Shown in pieces: positions 51,916 through 63,329 of a stretch of DNA of 64,000 nt. A model generated the notes under the pieces. The model searched no databases, was not told where the DNA came from, and was given only the letters and a program-made list of their open reading frames with translations. The DNA is from Felis catus (Eukaryota): contig NC_058368.1 in assembly GCF_018350175.1 (NCBI RefSeq), forward strand, positions 74,154,001 to 74,218,000. Reading direction: 5' to 3'. The stretch's first letter is position 1, and each line of letters starts with the position of its first letter. The translations under genes were made by a program, and so were the position numbers.

Positions 51916-51994
51916 CATTGAGGAGGGCACCTGTTAGGATGAGTACTGGGCGTTGTAGGGAAACCAATTTGACCATAAATTTCATATAAAAAAA
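51916..51994 (+). mobile_element. Very short felid L1 3' end
   Basis: cattgaggagggcacctgttaggatgagtactgggcgttgta...aatttgacca plus A tail; TSD agaatagt[a/g]ta. Confidence 0.9.
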
Positions 51995-52129
51995 AGAATA
52001 GTGTATCTTTAGTTGGTCCAGAATGGGAAAATGGGCTCAGCTGAGGTACAACTGGGGACAGTTTCTTCACGCTATAAGACCCCATCTACAGGGCTTATTT
52101 GGAGATTAAACCCAGTCTCCATGCAGTGA

Positions 52130-52511
52130 GTGTTACTGGTGTCCTGCTCAGATCTGCTAAGCAGGCCAGCACACCCAGCCCTCAGCTGTTGTGAGTTAGG
52201 TGCTGTTGGCTCATAGCTGCCCCTTCTCCAGAAAATTCCTCTCAGACAATGGGGTCCAGCTTCTTAGGAAATCATGGCCAGCCCTGCTGCCCACTCTACC
52301 CTTTTCGTGTCTGCCAAAAGGGTGATTTGCAGACAAGGATGGGGGAGCTGATGTGGGGTTCACAAGACCCACCTCTTTCCTCCCAGATGGAGCTAATGAT
52401 GCATGGAGGTTCACCCTTGAGTCCCCGATGATCTGGCCCACTCTTCCTGTTCTCAATAAAGCTTGTGCTCCCAGGACTGTATCGGGCTTTGCTTCTAGGG
52501 GATGTAAGACA
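52130..52511 (+). mobile_element. ERVL LTR (LTR16-like)
   Basis: ctgctcagatc...ggctcatagctgcccc...ctcaataaa...tgcttctaggg...taagaca. Confidence 0.7.
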
Positions 52512-53164
52512 CATCTACTTCCCAGTCTATGTGTAGAAGGAGGGAAGTCATCAATGACATTTATTAGGGGCACATTTATTCCCAACTTCTCATATTTTTG
52601 TTTTGGAGACAGTTGCATTTTTTTTTTTTAAAGCACAGGGACAACCAGGAGATTTGTAATGCAACACGAGGAGCAGATGGGCAGATATCAAGAGGCTGAA
52701 ATTCAGAAATAAATCTACGTCTACAAGAAGGAACAGGAATAGACCTCACAACATACCCTGCTGTCCAAAAGCCCTCAAACGGCGTATGTAAACCATGAAG
52801 GCGTGTTTCAGCTGATTACTATATCACAAAGGTGGTCAAGGCTCCAAATAATTTAGGAGAGCTCAGAAAGGAGTCAGGAATGAGTCCTCAGGGAGCAGCC
52901 TAGAATCTACTGAGAGCGCTTTTATAGGCTGCACATTAGCAATTAGAGAGGCTTTTTTGAAGATTTGGGCAGTTCTACTAAGAAATTGGGAAAAATGTGA
53001 ATCACTTTCAGAGGGCACAGTAGGAAGATCAAAGACAATGCTCTAAGTACTGTTGGAAGAGTTTTAAGATTTCCCCATTCTCCTGGATGGAGATGGGAGG
53101 GTCACCTGTTTTCCTAGAGAACGTACCTGCGAGATATGTGGGATTAGGAATCCAGGAAGGCACA

Positions 53165-53770
53165 AGGAAGAGAAGATACATTAAAAATGAACCCATTACT
53201 TATATAGTATTTCTGCCAAAAGTGTTTAATTTGTAACTAACGATGAGGAAACTGAGAGACAAAAATAAACAAATGAAATTGGTTTTATAAAAGCCTGAAC
53301 AAAACTACTGGGTTAAAAGAGTAGAGACCTTAGAATTAAACGCAAGGCAGCATCCTTGATGGGACCCTGGGTTGACAAAACAAACAAAGAAACAAAGAAA
53401 TAGCAGCTCTAGAAGACAATAGTGGGACACCTGGTGAACGCTGAATGCATTGTGTGTTAGCAAATAGTGTAAAATAAATATTATATGTCCTAAGTGTGGC
53501 CGTTATCTCATGGATATTCAGAAGCTCCTTCTTTCTAAAGGACAAATATTGAACAATTTAGGTGGAAAGGGTCATTATACCTGTGAATAATTCTCAAATG
53601 TGCCAGAAGAAAACAGCAGCATGAACACACACATAGAAAGAAAAGTAATGGAGCAAAATGCCAATAGCTGGTGAATCTAGGAGAAAAAGTACACAGGAGT
53701 TCATCGTACTGTTCTTGCAACATATTGTAGGATTCAAATTTATCAATATTAAATGTGAGGAAACACATTG
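53165..53770 (+). mobile_element. Old L1M (L1ME/MC-like) 3' end
   Basis: gcaaaatg...ggtgaatctagg...gagttcatcgtactgttcttgcaac. Confidence 0.75.
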
Positions 53771-54572
53771 ATTGACTTGGAAAAAGAAACTTCTTGTCCT
53801 TTTATTTCATAAAAAAAAAAAAAAAACAGCTTTAGGGAAGTCGAAGGTTGAGGTCCATGCCTGGGTAGGAGGCCATCTGATGGAAAAATAGCTTTGGAGT
53901 TCGGTTTTCCCAACCGTAAAAGGAAGGCGGAAAAGGTTGGTGTGAACCGTGCACACCTTTGGCAGGGCCTAGAACTTTCCTATTTCATACATTTTACTAT
54001 AGGAGATGTCTAGGAATATCTGGCCAAAAAAGGTCAGGGCCAGAAAGCAACGATAGAAATTGAGGCCTCAGATACAACAAATGGTGCCGGCCCTCTAAGA
54101 GGTACGGAAGGAAAAGAGCAAATGAAAAAGAGTGAACACGGCAGATCCTTTATTAAAGGAGCAGGAACCAATCAGAAACTGACAGAGACATATCCCAGCG
54201 CCGCACGATGGATACAGACAGGCTTTGACAGCGTTCAGCCTGGTTTGTGGGTCCTCACTAGGCTCCTAGTGTTACAGATTTATGAAAACTTGAGTGCAGC
54301 TTCGGTTCTTGGATCTAAGATGGGTGATTCCTCACTTACAGGGATATGAGTGCGGGGAAGACAGGTATTCCGGGGCTAGGAGGCAATGACGCCAATCCAC
54401 CGATAGCAGGATTGAAATGTCCCCTCCAGGAGACTGGAAGCTCCTGGGTGGGGGGAGGGGGCAGGTGGTGCTGCTTAGCTATATATTTCCGATGGCAAGT
54501 GCGTGACACGAGAAATTTAGGACAGGTGATGTTTGACATGTGTTTCCTTTGGACTTTCAAGTTGGGACTTGA

Positions 54573-54717
54573 GAGGGACCTGGGTGGCTCAGTGGGTTAA
54601 GTGTCTGACTTCAGCTCAGGTCATTAACTCCTCTCTCTTCCTCCTCTACTTGCACTCTGTCTCTCTCCCTCTCTCAAAAATAAATAAAGATCAAAAAATA
54701 AAAATAAAAAATAAATA
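54573..54717 (+). mobile_element. CanSINE with large internal deletion (B box lost)
   Basis: TSD aagttgggactt 54559-54570 and 54718-54729. Confidence 0.92.
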
Positions 54718-54811
54718 AAGTTGGGACTTTCAACTTTCTTTGGAGTTTACTGTATGAGAGCCTTAGGAATTAACTTAGAGAGCTTGAATTTCTCCTTTAG
54801 AATTTGCTAAA

Positions 54812-55007
54812 GGGGTGCATGGGTGGCTCAGTCAGTTAAACATCCAACTCGGTGTTGGCTCAGTGCATGGGTTAGAGCCCCACACTGGGCTCTGAGATGA
54901 CAGTGTGGAGCCTGCTTGAGATTCTCTCTTCCTCTCTCTCTCTCTGTCCCTCCCCACCCCTCCCCACTTGCTCTCTCTGTTGCTCTCAAAATAAATAAAC
55001 TTAAAAA
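54812..55007 (+). mobile_element. CanSINE (diverged)
   Basis: ggggtgcatgggtggctcagtcagtt head, CT linker, A tail. Confidence 0.93.
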
Positions 55008-55384
55008 ATTATTTGCTGAAAGTAGAGCTTTGTTACATCTATATGATATGTTGGTTGAGCTTGATATTATCATTTTCCCTAACTTGGTGAAATATATGGG
55101 AGAAACCCGTTGGGTATGATTTAGGACAGAAGTCAGAATCAAGAGTCAATCTTCAACCTTTGGCTATAGTAAAGCCCTGGAGTTCACTCATGTCCTCCTC
55201 TGACCGATTTCAGGACTTCCTGAGCAAATAGTAGCGGGCCAGCCTGTGGTATCATGTTATTAGATGCTACCACGTGTTCCCAAGTGATAACTAGGTGTTA
55301 CCGAATAGTAACTCTGCTGGTCCCAGGCGCGTACCCACACGGGAACATGTTGAAATGAGGGGGACCAGTTTCGTCCCCATACAC

Positions 55385-56014
55385 AATCTTTAACACCTAA
55401 AAGAAAGAATCACATATGTTAATTCCGACAATGTTTTTGGATCTGGCCACCTCGTAAGTTACATATGCATGGGATATTTGGAAAAATTATTGACAGCTTT
55501 TTCACTGGGCAAGTCAAGGCAAAGGGATCACTTCTCCCACAACCAGCGTCTCTGTTTATCCTCCCTGAGGACACCCTACCTGACACAGGCTGTGCATTTG
55601 AACCTTGCTTCCAGATTAGAAACCCTGTAACATGGGGATGATTCTCGTGGCTACTTCTGCTGCAGATTGTCATGTTTATTGAATTGAGGCTTTCTGAATG
55701 GGCAAGCTGAGGCTTTTCCTGCTCAGTTAAAAAAAATATGTAATGCTCTAGATTGAAGGCAACCAGTCAGCAGTACAGTAAATGTCAGCCTGTTCCTGCC
55801 TGATTATACAGAAGCCTTGGCTCATGGGGATTTCCACCTGCAAGATTCTTATGACTGTTTGCAAGTGGATTCTTTGCTTTCTTTCGACTACTTGGTTTTG
55901 ATGAATTTGCTGTGATCCTGGGGTGTTCAAGTACTTCTTCTAGCACGAGCTCTTGGCTGGGTTACGCTTTAACGGTCTTGAAATGAGGTCTTTGGCCCCC
56001 TCTGGTACGCAGTC
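55385..56014 (-). pseudogene. AURKA: Aurora kinase A pseudogene fragment (C-terminal coding part plus 3'UTR)
   Basis: Minus strand reads DCVPEGAKDLISRPLKRNP / EEVLEHPRITANSSKPS / KESTCKQS-stop(55849-55851) across frameshifts, versus AURKA DFVTEGARDLISRLLKHNP..EVLEHPWITANSSKPS..KESASKQS; downstream tcaataaacatgaca...aagtagccacgagaat...taatctggaagcaaggttc matches the AURKA 3'UTR as I recall it; 3' boundary approximate. Confidence 0.9.
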
Positions 56015-56974
56015 ATATTTTCCATACTATTTCGTAGAAAACGTAAAAGCAACAAAAACGTTCTGACTATTATTAAACCGGCCTCAGAATCTCCCCCTGC
56101 ATTTTTATGTTTTTATTTTGTTCTCGCTTGCAGTTTGCAAAATTTCACCGGATGATCTCCAGCGCTATGAAAATAGCTGAGTCGTGGAAAAGAAAATAAC
56201 AGGAGCCCTTTAAAATCAGCAGGGCAGAGAAAATACCATGCAGCCCCAGGGAGAGATCCACTTTTGATGAGAAGGTCTCCTTCTTCTGTTATCTTTTACC
56301 TTCAAAATTAAAATTTTGGTACGCTCGCATCACAGTTAGATAATAGATTTTCATTCTGTCTGGAGTGAGAGAGTAGAGGCAACGGGAAACACAACAGGAT
56401 CCAGATTAATAGGAGGCGACAACTTGACCAAACAGGAAGTGGCAGCCTGGCCGGCTCCATGGCTCAGTGGCTGTGACAGGCAATTAGCGATCCTCGGGGA
56501 CCGGATGTAATGGGAGACAGCAGCATTTCACCCAGTGCTTCCTGGCTCCTCTGCTGCTTGTATCATTCATGGTGTTTGCAGAGACAAATGAACACGAATG
56601 CATGCTTTTTTAAAGGGGAAAAAATGGAGTTAGGTTTGGAAGAAAGAGAGAGAGAGAGAGAGTCATGAGACCAAAATAAACCCCAGGGTTAGTGGAAAAA
56701 TGAGGACATTTTCTCCAACTCACCGCATAGTAGAGAAAAATGAGGATCATCAGACAACTGAACGACTGAGTTTACATTTTTACATGACATCATAGAATTT
56801 GAAGCCATTTCTGGAAAGCCTCTGGCACATGGAGCACAGAAAATATTGATGGCTGTCCTACACATGCAGGAAGGAGGTTCTTTTCTTTCTTTCCTCTCTT
56901 AAATTCTGCTCTTCCCATTTCTGCCTCAATATAAGGGAATAAAAGTAGAAAGTATGTATCAATAACAATAAATC

Positions 56975-56980
56975 TTTATT
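56975..56980 (-). other. Candidate distal polyadenylation signal AATAAA
   Basis: Followed on minus by T-rich sequence; depends on the candidate gene being real. Confidence 0.3.
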
Positions 56981-57016
56981 TACGAATATATCCGTTTAAT
57001 TCAAAAAGGTGACGCG

Positions 57017-57218
57017 GAGAGCCTATGTGACTCAGTTGGTCAAGCGTCTGACTCTTGATTTTGGCTCAGGTCATGATCTCATGGTCATGGGATCCAGACC
57101 CGTATCAGGCTCTGTGCTCAGTCTCTGTCTCTGCCCTCTCTCTCTGCCCCTTCCTCATTCATGCTCGCTCTCTCTCTCACTCTCTAAAGAAATAAATAAA
57201 AAATTATTTAAAAAATTT
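57017..57218 (+). mobile_element. CanSINE
   Basis: gtgactcagttggtcaagcgtctgactcttgattttggctcagg...A tail. Confidence 0.93.
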
Positions 57219-57871
57219 AAAAATGTTATGCTTTTTTTCTCTGCAGATAGATCAACTGACTATTATAGCTATCACTGGAATCTGCATAAATTTGACTATT
57301 CAGCGAGTCAGTGTTAACTCTTAAGCCCTAATTTGCTCCAGAATATCTATGGTACGATATCCTCAGAGCTGTACTCGTTATCACAAAATGGAGAATGAAA
57401 TTAATGATACAGTCCCCAAATAATTTACAGTTTTACCCCGAGGCACATGGACACATCACATCCCCACACCATGTACTTTCAAATACAAACTTAAATCAAC
57501 CTCTTTAAATCAAATATCGACTGCTTGAATAATCCTTATAAATTCAAATATTGTGAACATATTAAAGTTTGAATATAGCAATGAAAAATATAAACTGCCG
57601 AGTAAGACTGGTAGGGATGTTATCAACGTACCCTATGATCAGCTGAACTGCAATATAAGAAAAAAATGTCTCCAAATGGCAGAATCGTGTGTTCCATGCA
57701 TGCAATACGGAAGGCAGACAATGTTACAATGCCGAAGCACTGGACGGGCGCATTCAGAACTGATCCATGAACACGTGCTCCCATTCCACGTTTGCATGAC
57801 TTCGAAGCAGATGCTTCTGAGTGTTCATTTATCTAGGCATTGAGTCTAATGAAATGAAAAGGTAGAAACAC

Positions 57872-57908
57872 TTACTTGAATGCAGCAATTTGCACAAATG
57901 CAACTTTA
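57872..57908 (-). CDS. Candidate exon of an unidentified gene (x-KVAFVQIAAFK-stop, or a 33-nt cassette 57876-57908)
   Basis: Acceptor tctctctttacag, consensus donor aa|gtaagt overlapping the TAA; no homology recognised. Confidence 0.4.
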
Positions 57909-58049
57909 CTGTAAAGAGAGACTTAAGTAGATCTACCCAAATTTATTTTGCCAAATGAATATTATCGTGAGATTATGAGCCTTGGGATTTCAGTCGAAGT
58001 CAATTTAGGAACCATTACTTAAAAAGTTCATCTTATTACTCCACAGTCA

Positions 58050-58354
58050 CGTCTATTTTTTTTATCAGAGTTTATTTATTTAGCAATTCGGTCGCTTCCG
58101 TCATTGTTAAAATAAGTTTCAAATGAGTTTCAAGGGTTTCCAACATATAAAATCTACTTTCAAAGAATGAATATAAAGAACTTCTGATGATATTAAAAAG
58201 AATGTGCTACAGTCTTTGAGTACTATTTAAAAAGTAAAAATCCAGACAAGAACATTTGACCCAGCAGCTTTTGGATGTATTAACATAGATTCAGATGTAC
58301 ACATTTCTATTAAATAAAACTTTGAGTCACTTTTATATTGGATAGATGATTCTT
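58050..58354 (-). other. Candidate terminal exon (x-RIIYPI-stop at 58333-58335, or pure 3'UTR) with tandem AATAAA at 58071-58080
   Basis: Strong acceptor ttttttaaccttttgtctcttgtttcag; AT-rich UTR-like body. Confidence 0.45.
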
Positions 58355-58581
58355 CTGAAACAAGAGACAAAAGGTTAAAAAAGCCTGGTCTCTCCACGCG
58401 GAGATCAGAGTTTAATAAAATAAATAAAACCAAAGCACATATCTGATAAAAAGGAGCATATCTATAGTAGAAAGAAAAGAAAACTATAGGCTAGTTGGGG
58501 AAAAAAATTCACCAAGCCCCATGTGTTCCCATGAGTATGTTAGGTTAGGTTATTTAGTGCAACCATAACCAGAGTGGATTC

Positions 58582-58584
<3 letters not shown>

Positions 58585-58626
<42 letters not shown>
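58585..58626. repeat. (TG)n microsatellite followed by a MIR remnant
   Basis: Direct; tatgtgccagatactgtgcaagg follows. Confidence 0.93.
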
Positions 58627-58629
<3 letters not shown>

Positions 58630-58883
58630 ATTATGTGCCAGATACTGTGCAAGGCACCTCACAAGCAGTATGATGTTTTGCCTTTACGACCAGTGTATTA
58701 GTGTGTGATATACAGTTGCCCAAAGGGATATGGGTAGTAAGTTACTCAGCCCCCTCGAACTCATTTTTTTAGACCTTAAAATCAACATCACTAAAACCTT
58801 TCTAGGCAGGATGTAAATGTTAAATAAGGTTATATATATCTATGTATTATGTCTAGCACAGAAGATTCTTTGAACATTGTTGG

Positions 58884-58930
58884 TTTTTTTTTTTTTTTTG
58901 AGAGAGAGAGAGAGCACAAGCAGAGGACAG

Positions 58931-58965
<35 letters not shown>

Positions 58966-59088
58966 CTTAAGCAGGCTCCGTGCTTAGCACAGAGCCCAAC
59001 CTGGGGCTCAATTTAATGACCACAAGATCATAACCGGAGCCAAAATCAAGAGTCGGATGCTCAACTGACTGAGCCACCCAGGCATCCC
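58884..59088 (-). mobile_element. CanSINE
   Basis: T tail, (GA)n, body; flanking tgaacatt repeat. Confidence 0.95.
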
Positions 59089-59774
59089 TGAACATTTTTT
59101 GTATTATTATCTTTGCTATTGATTCCTTCATTCACAACACAGCAGCATCCACGACATTTGGACTGCCTGGACACATGCCTGTGTGTATGGGAAGTAGGTG
59201 AAATTTGATTATTTATTTCCTGGCAAAAGGAGTTTAAGTACCCCAAACATGATGTCTTCTCAGATCCCCGTTATACCACCACTGACATTCCTAACGACTA
59301 CTTACTGGTGATACATTATTTCTTTATGAGGTCGGCATTTCACTTAGTGAGAGAGAAAGGGATTCTCTAGCATATTCCAGTGACTTCTCTGCCCAGCTGT
59401 CTGTTTTTCATCACCAGCCTCTCAGTCCTGAATCCATTCTGTTTGGCTTCCACCGCTCCATGGACAGAGGCATCAGGAGGTTTGCGATGGCAACTCGGTC
59501 ACCAAATCAAGTGGCTGTTTCTCAGCTCCTAACTTTCTTAAATTATCGGCGGCCCTTGATGGGCCAGCTTTTGTTTTTTGACCTATGTTCTTTCTCTAAG
59601 CTCTGTGAAGCCACGCTCCCATCGACCTCCCCAGAATTTGCAGTCTTTTTTTGTTTTCCTTCTTTTCTGAGAGTCTGATGACTCTTGTCTTCTTCAAGAC
59701 TTGCTCGAGGACTGCTTCCTTTTATAATTTTACAAACTATCCTTATATGATCTCACCTTTGCAAAATGGCTTGA

Positions 59775-59978
59775 GGTGCGCCTGGTTAGCTCAGCCGGTG
59801 AAGCGTCCGACTCTTGATTTCGGCTCCGGTCGTGACCTCATGGTTGTGGGACCAAGCCCCGTGTCAGGCTCTGTTCTGAGCATGGACTCTGCTGGGTATT
59901 CTCTCTCTCCCTGTCTCTCTCTGCCCCTCCCCTCACTTGCACTTTCTTGCTCTCAAAATAAATAAATAAACAGGAAAA
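59775..59978 (+). mobile_element. CanSINE
   Basis: TSD aaaatggcttga 59763-59774 and 59979-59990. Confidence 0.95.
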
Positions 59979-60036
59979 AAAATGGCTTGAAATAATTATG
60001 TCTGAAATACATACCACCAGAAAAATAGCCCGGCTG

Positions 60037-60124
60037 TCATAAGCCAGGGTAATTCTCGTCCTTAAAATTCCTGAGTTTTGGTTTCTCATTGGTTTTCTTG
60101 TCAAGAGCTATACCCTCCAGACTC
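60037..60124 (-). CDS. Candidate stop-containing exon (60015-60124) of an unidentified gene: x-SLEGIALDKKTNEKPKLRNFKDENYPGL-stop
   Basis: Branch-like ctgat, acceptor ccttccttccttacag, donor tg|gtatgt; only one frame stays open beyond 8 codons; no homology recognised. Confidence 0.45.
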
Positions 60125-61041
60125 CTGTAAGGAAGGAAGGTGTATCAGTTCTCATCCCTAAGGCAGGAGGGCACTCATCAGAAAATCACACATTTTGCAT
60201 GAGGATGTACAGTTGAACCACTCAACTTGTAATGCTCTGTTATAAAAATAGTAGAAAGCTAATACAGTGATTTGCTGTATAGCATAATGGTAAAAATGTA
60301 TTGGTTCATTAAGCGCCAAGTTCTTATTCCAGATTTTCTGAAATTCACATGATTATAAATAATTGTCCATTGGATATTTGTCTCTTAATATGTCACGACA
60401 GGGATGTCCCAAAGTCAGAATCTTCACAAAGAACTTGCGGTACCTTCTTGCCAACCTGGTCTTTCTCCTGTATTCGCCGTGTTACTCAGCTGTCTGTGCC
60501 AAGAACCCAGACCCCAGCTTGCACATTTCTCCCTGCCCTTCACTCCCTTTCCCACTCAATAAATTGCTGATCCAGTTGATTTTTCCTCTATGTAACTGTT
60601 CCTTCATTTCCTTAGTTCTGTCCTTAGTGCCCTTTCTGTAACGCAGACCACCATGCTCTTTGCCAGAATTACAGCGACGGTCTCTGAATGGTATCTCCAC
60701 TCCTGCCCTCTCCTATCTCCATCACTGTCAGGAACTCCCTAAAGTCCAAAGCCAAGCGTGTTGTGCTTCTGCTCATGTGTTTCCACAGATTCTCATGGCC
60801 TTTAGGATTGAGGGAAACTTGCAAAGTTCTTCATGATGTCTGCAATCCCCTCTTTTCTCATCATTTGCTTTCATCATGATATTTGCACTTGGTTCTCTTG
60901 TTATGTGAGCTTCCAACCTGCTAACACCACAATTCCTCTTGCCCCCTGAGTGCAGTCATTGTTTTCCTTGCCCACAAACATCTGTCCATTACTCACTCCC
61001 CTCTCCTCTGCTCTCCCGATATCTACTAATGCTCTAGGCCC

Positions 61042-61803
61042 TGTATTAGTCAGAATTATCCACAGAAACAACAAATTTTGGTTTTTTATTTTTATTTTAT
61101 CTTTTTGATGTTTATTTTTAAGAGAGAGCATGCAAGTGGGGAGGAGGAGAAAGAGAGGGAGAGAGAGAGAATCCCAAGTAGGTTCTGCACTATCAACGCA
61201 AAGCCTGATGTGGGGCTTGAATCCATGAACTGGGAGATCATGACCTGAGCTGAAGTCAGACACTCAACTGACTGAGCCACCCTGGCACCCTTGTTTCTGT
61301 TTGTTTTTTTTTTAAATAAAGAAAGTTATTATAAGCAATTGGCTCGTATAATTATGTAGGCTAAGAAGTCCCAAGATCTGCAGTCAGCAAGCTAGAGACC
61401 AAGAGACCAGATAGTACAGTGTAGTTCTAGTATATGTCCAAACTCCTGAGAACCAGAAAAGCCAGTGGTATGTCTGAATGGAGCAGGTGCAAGACCCGAG
61501 AATAACCACTGTTTCAGTTTGAGTGAAAAGGCAGGAACAAAATAATGTCCCAGCTGAAAGCAGTCAGGCAAAAGGAGTCCTCTGTTACTCAAGGGAAGGT
61601 CAGCCATTTTGCTTATTCAGGTCTTCAATAGATTGGATGGGGTCCACCTACATCAGGGAGGGCAATCTGCTTTACTAAGTCTATGGATTTAAAAATGTTA
61701 ATCTCACCCAGAACACTTTAAAGATGCATCCAGAACAATGTATGATCAAATATCTGGGCACCCCATAGACCAGTCAAATTGACACATAAAGTGAACCATC
61801 ACA
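61042..61803 (-). mobile_element. ERVL LTR (MLT2B-like), interrupted by a SINE
   Basis: tgtattagtcag...agggagggcaatctgctttact...aaattgacacataaagtgaaccatcaca; 5-bp TSD gg[c/t]cc. Confidence 0.9.
61083..61290 (-). mobile_element. CanSINE
   Basis: Full body nested in the LTR. Confidence 0.94.
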
Positions 61804-62461
61804 GGTCCTGAATTATTTCTCCCATGAAAGCTTCTTGACCTCCTGAACCCAACTTAGGTACCACCTTGCTTGTTTCTAAGGCATCCTTTTAATCCCCTTT
61901 ATTAAATTCACTTGCACTGTATTTTTTTCCCCCACTGGATTGTGAGTATCATGAATGTGCTCATCATCTTTGTATCTTGGGCATTCACCACAATGTCTGG
62001 CACATAAAGTCACTAATAAATGCTTGTTGAATCTAAAAATGAGTTAATGAGTGTCTTATAATGTATATAATTAAACTGAACTATTGAAATGGAGAGGACT
62101 GCCTTCTGCCATTAACGATTATATTAATAAGTGACATCATGTGTCTTCCTGCCTGTGTAAAGTTGAAAAATAAAATATTTATCATTCAAGGTAGGATAGT
62201 TTAAGGACAGCATTGACCTTCAATTTTTGCTTAATTGACAATGTTTCTTATATCAATTAACAGTAGTACAGAAATAATATTAGGCTACATTTATAAATGA
62301 ACATTACATTGTCAATAAGAACAATTATAATTCAAAATACTATTTAGAGTCTATTCTAAAAAATGGCAATGAAGCAATCACCGAAGACTGCACTAATGAA
62401 GAAAATAGAATTGTTAAATAAGCAATTGAAAATAGGTATAAAATTCATAGCACAGGCAATT

Positions 62462-62918
62462 GTATTAATTTTCTATGGCTGCCATAACAAATTACCATAA
62501 AGTGGGTGGCTTACAACCACATAAAATTATTCCCTAAGAGTTCAAGAGGTAAAATGTCTGAAATCAAGGTGTTGGGAAGGCTGGTTCTTTCAGGAGTTTC
62601 TGAGGGAGAAACCACTCCAGGCCTCTCTCCCAGTTTCTGGTGGTAACAGTTAATCTTTGACCTTCCTTGGCCTATAGATAACTTCACTCCAATCTCTGCC
62701 TCCGTCTTCACATCTCCTTTTCTATGTTGCTTTATTCCTCTCCTTTTTTCATAGGGACGCCAGTCATTAGATTTCGGGTCCGCTCCAAATCCAGAATGAT
62801 TTCATTTCAAGACCCATAGCTAATTACATCTGCAAAGACTCTTTTTCCATATAAGGTCACATCCCAATGATCCAGGTGGCCATGAATTTTAAGGGGACAC
62901 TAGTCAACCCACTATACC
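62462..62918 (-). mobile_element. MaLR LTR (MLT1C-like)
   Basis: tgtattaattttctatggctgccataacaaattacca...taattacatctgcaaagac...aaggtcacat...caacccactatac. Confidence 0.88.
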
Positions 62919-63111
62919 AATAATTTTTTATTATTAATAATTTTGAATTTCTTGTATATGACATTTCTGAATGTCCCGAAGTTACATTAGAAAGAATTGC
63001 ATATTTTCAAATAAAGTTCAAATAGTGTAAATTCCTTGGTGGCTACAACGGTAAACACATTTTTTTCTAAAATAACTTAATGTTTGTTGAATATTATAAT
63101 TTTTACTATGA

Positions 63112-63329
63112 TTATTTTTTAAGAAGTTTATTTATTTATTTTGAGAGAGAGAGAGGGAGAGATAGCCCAAGCAGGGGAGGGACAGAGAGAGGAGAAAGAG
63201 AGTCCCAATAAGATCCACACTGTCAGTGCAGAACTCAATGGGGGGCTAAATCTCATGACACATGAGATCATGACCTGAGCCAAAAATCAAGAGTGGGACA
63301 CTTAACTGATTGAGCCACCAAGGCTCCCC
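63112..63329 (-). mobile_element. CanSINE
   Basis: T tail, (GA)n, catgagatcatgacctgagcc. Confidence 0.94.

Larger units (their letters stand above)
60360..62050 (+). mobile_element. L2 fragment interrupted by an MLT2 LTR
   Basis: aattgtccattggatattt...ctctgaatggtatctcc and 3' end aatgtctggcacataa...aataaatgcttgttgaat. Confidence 0.7.

Noticed and set aside
55849..56014. Last exon of the real AURKA gene
   Set aside because: Frameshifts, non-conservative changes (W to R, L to P), no splice acceptor or upstream exons
3645..61280. Recurrent MAQSV... / GSGHDL... ORF family
   Set aside because: These are translations of CanSINE bodies, not a gene family
62100..62420. Additional minus-strand acceptor-like sites near 62152 and 62392 (also near 59325)
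   Set aside because: Plausible AG and pyrimidine tracts but weak or no donors and uninformative peptides; cannot be separated from background
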